Assembly (NCBI RefSeq): GCF_001194135.2
Contig: NC_068998.1
Location: 24,056,128-24,096,592 of the forward strand
Length of the DNA stretch: 40,465 nt
DNA from: Octopus bimaculoides
Lineage: Eukaryota
Reading direction: 5' to 3'
Below are positions 34,050-40,465 of this stretch, piece by piece. The notes under the pieces were generated by a model. That model worked only from the letters and a program-made list of their open reading frames with translations. It had not been told where the DNA came from and searched no databases. Within the stretch, counting starts at the first letter, position 1, and every line of letters starts with the position of its first letter. The position numbers and the translations under genes were made by a program.

Positions 34050-36580
34050 AGATTGAAGTGGACGTGTCTTTGAAGGATATTCCGATTCCATCTCAGAAAT
34101 AATTTTTTAAAGAACTGGTAATTAAAACCACTGAATTTATTCATAGAATCAGACAGAAAACTTTTTATTTCGATAGAAGGATTGAGTAGTTAGTATTGAT
34201 CAAGAAGTTAAAGAAAATATATATTAAAAAATTGTTTAAACTATGAAATTTCCGCCTTTGAACAGTCATTTTACCAGTTTTGCAATTGAATTATGGGACA
34301 TCGTCACAAACGTTATTTTATTTTTAATTCCCCGTAGGGATATAAAAAAAAACATTTATTAAAATTGAAATCGATTGTTTCTGACTTGAGTAAGAAAAAA
34401 GGCATCATTGTTTACTCTGATAAGATTGGAAATTTATATGATCTTGACTTGAATCCGTATCACTAGCTTTTAAAAAGGAAACTACCAAAACGTCTAAAAT
34501 AGCTGATAAAAATGTTTTGAGGACTAATAATTTAATTGATAAACGTATTAGGGAATATTATCGTCTGGATGATAGGACTAAACTATTTGTTCCTAAAAGA
34601 CCTAAATTCATTTTAAAAGACCGTAAGTATAATTTTTATAGTAACCCTACAGTGCGCTTGCTTTGCCCTGGGAATTCAGATTTAGGGAGACTTAGTAAGG
34701 CTATTTTAGATAAGTCTATTCTAATTCTCAAGGATGAAATTAAGTTGCATCTTTGGTCTAACTCTTATGAAGTTATTGATTGGTCCAAAAATATTGAAAA
34801 TAAGGGTAGGAATAGGTTTATTTAGATAGGTTGTAATAGTCATTATTCTTACATTCATCAAGTAGTTTTAGATACGGCCCTAATATTTGCTAAGAGCAGT
34901 TCTAACTTAAGTATGGATGAAATTAAAATCATTTTTTTTTCAGCTAGGAGATCTGTCACTGAATTTGAGAATAAGTTTTGAGTTTAAAAGTATAGATACG
35001 GTGGTTTTTATAGACCTATGGAAGCGGCAGATTCCGCCCAAATTACAGATATAGTAGGTATTGATATTCGTTTAAGTTAGGGACTGATTTACCGGAGCTT
35101 GTTGGGGGTTTATACCGAGATGACTCAATATTCACCGTTAGGAATGTTTCTAATAGGAAATTAGATCTATATAGAAAGAAGTTTCACTGGTTTGTTTTTT
35201 AAATGTAATTTCGGTTTATCTATCACTATAGTAAATGAACATGAATCTGTTTATCTTTCTTGATGTTAACTTTAATTTAATTACTGGTATTTACGAAGCT
35301 TATAATACGCCTAACTCTAACCTGAAATATTTTAATTCAGGAAGTAATTTTCCAGGCTGTTGTAATAAATTTCTAATTTACAACATTTCTAGGATAATTT
35401 CTGCCTTATCTTCATGTAAGCAAATTCTTGATAAAATGCTGATTACTACAATATCGCCTTTAATAAGGTTGATGACAATAGTATAAATGAATACCTTGAT
35501 ATTTCTAGCCCTGATAATATTGATCAATCGAACCTTACTAATAGTGGATATGGATTTGATATTAAATATTCTAAATCTAAAAGGAAGGGTAAATATGAAT
35601 CTGAAAATGCACTGAAGAACAAAGAGAATAATCATTTAACCCTTTAACCCCAGTTGCTAATGTTCATAAATATAACTGTAATTGCATATTAAAAGGTAAT
35701 GATTGTAAGTTGGTCTATAAGGTTAATAATTTATGTCATTCTAATTTAGTTTCGGACAAGAATAACATTATATGGTATATTATTCCCTTTGCTGGTCAAT
35801 TAAAAATTAATTTATTTGGGACTGTTTATAAATTGTTTTTGAAACATTTTAATTTTAAAAAGTAGACACTGAGATTTTGAATCCGAGATCTCTTAAGGTT
35901 GCCTTTTTGGTTTCTCGGAATTTATTTCAAATTATTTCTTCTATTATTGAGAAGAAATTATCTGGTTTTTATCATCATGTTAGCTCAATTAATATTAGCG
36001 AGATCGATTCCATGGATGCTAATGATATTGATTTTTCCGTTAGCCAGGATGATAGTGATGGTTTTGATTCAAATTTCAGTTTTCGCAATAATGAGGAGGG
36101 TAGCGATTTGTTTTAATAATAATTCAATTGTTGAAGGCTTGAGTAGGAGTGGAAATTCCCTTTGTGATTGTGGAAACAAAAGTAAATTGTTTATTTAAAA
36201 AACTTTGTAAGCGTAAAGCGGTAGTTATCAAGCTAAAGTTATTTCTGAGGGTATTCATTACTTTTATATTGGTTCATCTGCAAATTATATTAAGAAAAGG
36301 GTTTCGAACCTTTACCATTCCTTTAGAAACAGAAATAGTGTTTCTTCTACCAGACTTAGTAATTTCATCTGGAATTCTAAAGATCATAATAAAACGTTCT
36401 TTATTGAATGGAATATTTTAGGGACAACTGCAGTCTATAAAACTGGTAATATGTTCTCTCCTTTTGTTCTGAAGAATTATTTTTTCTTTTATTTTGTAGA
36501 AGAAAGCTGTTAAATTCAAAATCGGAAAGAAGATATTTTTGTGTTAATAGGAATAAATGTGCGTTTAAAAATTTAAATTA
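34050..36580 (+). mobile_element. Near-full-length decayed Penelope-like element (RT plus C-terminal GIY-YIG)
   Basis: KDIPIPS; LKDRKYNFYSNPTVRLLCPGNSDLGRLSKAILD; GLYRDD; FLDVNFNLITGIYEAYNTPN...SNFP; IIWYIIPF...FLKHF; CDCGNKS...VVIQAKV..YFYIGS...RVSN...SF...TRLSNFIW...IEWNIL. Confidence 0.9.
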
Positions 36581-37180
36581 ACTAGTTTTTTTTTTATTTT
36601 GTTTGATTTGGTTGACCGGTTATTGAAGTTTTGATAATTACAGTTTCCCCTTTGTACTTACTATTTAAGTAGGTTCTTCTCTCATTTGTTTTTATTTTAT
36701 TTTTATTTCTACGTTGCCATTATGTTATGTTAGTTTTTTTTTAGATAAATTCCTTCCAGTGTCATTTATTAGATTTAGATATATCTATTCTATTTTAATA
36801 AATTATTATAAGTATCCATTAGATATGTTTTTAGTTTATTTCTTAATCCTAAGATTTGGATANNNNNNNNNNNNNNNNNNNNNNNNNNNNNNNNNNNNNN
36901 NNNNNNNNNNNNNNNNNNNNNNNNNNNNNNNNNNNNNNNNNNNNNNNNNNNNNNNNNNNNNNNNNNNNNNNNNNNNNNNNNNNNNNNNNNNNNNNNNNNN
37001 NNNNNNNNNNNNNNNNNNNNNNNNNNNNNNNNNNNNNNNNNNNNNNNNNNNNNNNNNNNNNNNNNNNNNNNNNNNNNNNNNNNNNNNNNNNNNNNNNNNN
37101 NNNNNNNNNNNNNNNNNNNNNNNNNNNNNNNNNNNNNNNNNNNNNNNNNNNNNNNNNNNNNNNNNNNNNNNNNNNNNNNN

Positions 37181-37305
37181 NAATCTGTGTGGGTGTTTTT
37201 TCAAAACACTGTCTGGTTTAAAAAGCCACATCAGACGCCATGAAAGGGCTAAGGTGTAGGTGCAGGAGGTGGTCAAACTCTGTTTAAGGAGTAGACAACC
37301 ACCAT
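37181..37305 (+). mobile_element. Probable RTE LINE 3' end (terminal C2H2-like finger plus short UTR)
   Basis: NLCGCFFKTLSGLKSHIRRHERAKV* with no TGEKP linker, followed by a short UTR and (TA)n. The upstream part lies in a gap. Confidence 0.45.
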
Positions 37306-38749
37306 ATATATATATATATATATATATTCTTTTTTTTTTTTGCCTGTCCTTTTAATTGTTGCTTCTCCTGTCCGCTTTTGTATCGTCTATCTGTCCGAAT
37401 GTTTTTTTGTCTTTTATTGCGTTTTTGTTCCATTTTTTTATATTCATATATACATACAGCGGCGTACGTACAGACTTGTACTCACATTATAATAGGTATG
37501 TATCTAAATTTTGTAAGACATTTTTACTCCGTCTTTTGGTCCCCCTCATACTTTCTTCCGCTTTTCTTTTTCTCGCTCCCCCCTCTCTCTCTCTCTCACA
37601 CACACATTTCTTGGCCCTCTCTTTCTTTAACACCCACTTTTCCTCATTGTTTATCTCCTCTGTACCTTTCCCTTTGTCTCTTGACTTTTTTCTAATCTAT
37701 AAATACACCGACAGTAACTCCAAGATGTAGTCTATTAAATTAATCTTTAGCACTGTTCTCCGATTCTTGTTGTGGGGAGTATTTATAAGATAGTTATTAT
37801 TTTTCTAAAGCAGTTTAGATTATGCAAATATTAATATGGATTTTACTTGATGAATAATTTTTGCTCTGTGGAAAAATATTTATTGTTTAACAAGTTGTCC
37901 AGATGTATAAAACTCGTTGGATACTTCGAACCGCACGACAGCGTGTACAAGATTCTACGAGCTGGATATGGATAGATGTCCATAAAAACTCTGTGATGTA
38001 GATTCAATTATGTCCAGTTTGCATACATTACAACAACTTCATTAACAATCAATAAATGAAACAATATGCGCTGCTAGTAATTATTTGTGCAGATGTGAGT
38101 GGAAAAGCTAATCCAGATGGTATATATACTATTTTATTAAGTAATAGTTCTTAGAATGAAAAAGGAAATAGAAATTCTTTATACGAGTGCAGTTCTTGGG
38201 AAGATCTTGAGAAGATCAATGCTTGATAGAAATCATGAACTGCTTCAACTGCAAAACCATTCACTATTGTTCATATCACTAGAATTCTTTCCAGCGGACA
38301 TGTGCGTAAATCTGAATATAAAAGTTAATTTAGATTGGTCTTTATGGACAAAGTGAGGGGAAAATAGGGCACACCTTTTAGTACGTGGATTCATTCGTTT
38401 CTGTTTGATTAGTTGAGATAGATTATACAAACTAAGGTACGCTATTTTGACCATTCGGAACGAGTATTAATGCTCACTATAGTCAAGTAACGACTATGAA
38501 CGCATGCATCACGAAGCATGTTTTACAGTATATTTTTAAATGAACAATAATAAATTGTTAACGCTAACTTAGTCAATGAAATGACAGTAGCTAAGATCTT
38601 TGCAAAGTTTCCAGTATTAGTGCGATTGTGACAATTTCTCATCTGTTTGAAATTGTAAGGATAGACATTTACAGGTAAAATCTGAGCAAGGAGAAAATTC
38701 AAAAGGAAAATATTTCTAATACTGAAGAACATAAGAAATATGATTCATA

Positions 38750-39270
38750 AGGGATATTAAGGTTTAGACGAGTAATGAGGTTTACGACAGCAAGGAGATT
38801 TGGGACAGTACGTATGCTTACAACAGTATAATAGTTTCCGACAAGACCTAAATTTAAGTTAGAATAGTGGTTTACAACTGTAGAGTAGAGACATGTACAT
38901 ATTGAAAAATTTGGTGGAATAAAATGAAGCTTGAGATTCTTGATACCCAGGGAATGTTATTGTACTGGTAAAAGTAACAGAGTGAGAAAACAATGTATGA
39001 GAGCTAGTAGTAGTAGCATGCTGATGGATATTTCAGTTTACACACACTTGTGATAGTGGTAAAATAACCAGAGAGAACGTATGTGTTTGGAAGAGAGGTG
39101 TTAATGAGTGAAACGTTGTACAGGATGTTAAAGTAGTGGTAGAATCTTTAGAAAGAAGTCACTATATTTTTTAGGAAAGTAGTTGTGTTACACTTGTCAG
39201 GAATTTATTCTAGAAGTTGTTGTTGAAATGGTAGTACAGACAGTGAGAATTATCAGTAAAATTAATTGAT
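38750..39270 (-). mobile_element. Possible very old LINE apurinic endonuclease relic
   Basis: LINTSLPNTYVLSGYFTTITSV resembles LI..LP.PFILLGDFNAH; strong strand skew. Confidence 0.25.
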
Positions 39271-39625
39271 ATTTCATATCGCGAATCAATTTTCTTTTTT
39301 AAAAAATGTGATTCTGCGATTTCTATGGGCAGCATAATTCACCGAGATATAATGGTTAAATCTCTCAAACTTTCGAAGTATCTTACAAGTTAGATAAACA
39401 ATGTGCAGGCCAAAAGAAATAATTATTCTTGCACAACCGATATGGGCGTCAAACAAAGATTATAGCTAATGTGTTAAGAAAAAGGAACGAAAGAACAGTG
39501 AATGACATAATTTCCGAATATAAAGGAAGAACAAGGAAACGTTGCATAAGCACAATTAAATACCAATATATTAAATATAATTCATAAGTCAGTATACATT
39601 ACGCCTCCCATATACTTTACTTCAA

Positions 39626-39860
39626 GTGCGTGAGTCTTTGTGTTTGTATTTCTAATCCACCACCGCTTGACAACCGGTGTTGTTTTCTTTTCGTCTACGT
39701 AACCTAGCGGTTAGGCAAAAGACATCGATAAACTAGGTATCAGATTTCGAAAATATACATTAAATAATTAGTGCTAGGGTCGATTGGTGATTCTAAAACC
39801 CTTGGTGGCGATGCTCGAGTATGACCACAGTCCCATAATTTAGACAGGTAAAAGATAAAG
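39626..39860 (+). mobile_element. SINE family B 3' half
   Basis: ccaccgcttgacaaccggtgttg...cgtaacctagcggttaggcaaaagacatcgata...ggcgatgctcgagtatgaccacagtc...taaaagataaag. Confidence 0.8.
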
Positions 39861-40227
39861 GGTGAAAAATAAAACTAGAGACTTACCAAGAGCAGAATCC
39901 TGTGGACACAGATGATAGCTGTGTCACAAACAATGTTGACAGAGAAAACCATAAACACTTGTTGCATCTGATGTGAAGAGTGTCTAAAATGATGTGAAGA
40001 ATATCTAACCCTAAAATTGACTAATTCTCAGCCAACAAAAACAGCCGTAGTTTGTATCCTACTGTCTATCTATCTATATATCTATCATTCTATCTATCTA
40101 TCTATCCATCTATTTATATATCTATCTTTATCCCTCTCAATATGTGTGTATACATACATATATTTTTATATATACATACATATACACACACACATATATG
40201 TATATGTATATATATATGTGTGTGTGT

Positions 40228-40262
<35 letters not shown>

Positions 40263-40284
40263 CATATATATTATTTATGCACCC

Positions 40285-40465
40285 TTTTAAAGCCTAGCCA
40301 GGCTCATGGGCCCAGTTTACTCTTTCTATAGTGTATGTGTTCCCCCAGCTGGAGAAAGAGTGAGAGAAAGTTGGGGCGAAAGAGTATAACAGGGGTCGCC
40401 ATCACCCCCTGCCTGAGCCTCGTAGAGCTTTAGGTGTTTTCGCTCTATAAACACACACAACGCCC
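40285..40465 (-). mobile_element. Probable SINE 3' part, cut by the window end
   Basis: Follows a microsatellite. GC-rich aagcctagccaggctcatgggccc...ccccagctggag...aaacacacacaacgccc looks like the antisense of a CORE-like SINE body. Confidence 0.5.

Noticed and set aside
37181-37259. C2H2 zinc-finger gene interpretation
   Set aside because: Single finger, no TGEKP linker, immediate stop and short UTR plus (TA)n; a LINE 3' end fits better.
3646-37276. Long ORFs made of X, or of poly-I/R/L/S/Y/T/V and alternating residues (e.g. 8237-8617, 16925-17150, 18605-19309, 23735-24382)
   Set aside because: These are translations of N gaps and microsatellites, not genes.
1-40465. CRISPR arrays, rRNA, bona fide tRNA genes, prokaryotic operons or defence systems
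   Set aside because: None seen. tRNA-like A/B boxes belong to SINE heads, and the periodic repeats are microsatellites or coding repeats without unique spacers.

Overview
This is eukaryotic, AT-rich, repeat-dense scaffold DNA with no prokaryotic features. The SINE families, microsatellite load and transposon mix suggest a coleoid cephalopod such as octopus (inference). There are eight N gaps (3652-4011, 6536-6736, 14938-15128, 18702-19258, 23896-24268, 30359-30368, 33722-33980, 36863-37180), most flanked by AT-rich microsatellites, so ORFs made of X or poly-amino-acid runs are artefacts. The only host gene I can reconstruct is a spliced SLC16/monocarboxylate-transporter-like (MFS) locus on the minus strand, about 11.8-32.8 kb. 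It carries in-frame stops, a truncated exon and missing exons, plus degenerate paralogous exons on the plus strand, so it is probably a decaying member of a tandem cluster. The rest is transposon relics: tRNA-derived SINEs, two mariner derivatives, a Gypsy 3' end with LTR, three Helitrons, LINEs (L1/Tx1, R4/Dong, CR1/L2, RTE) and two Penelope-like elements (PLEs). The most notable observations are: a minimal type I hammerhead ribozyme fold at 81-140; 23-codon STPR-like repeats in two Helitron families; a near-full-length PLE with an expanded Cys-rich and acidic linker; and several long inverted repeats inside the SLC16 introns near UAG-interrupted exons. All calls come from manual reading and translation; no searches were run.
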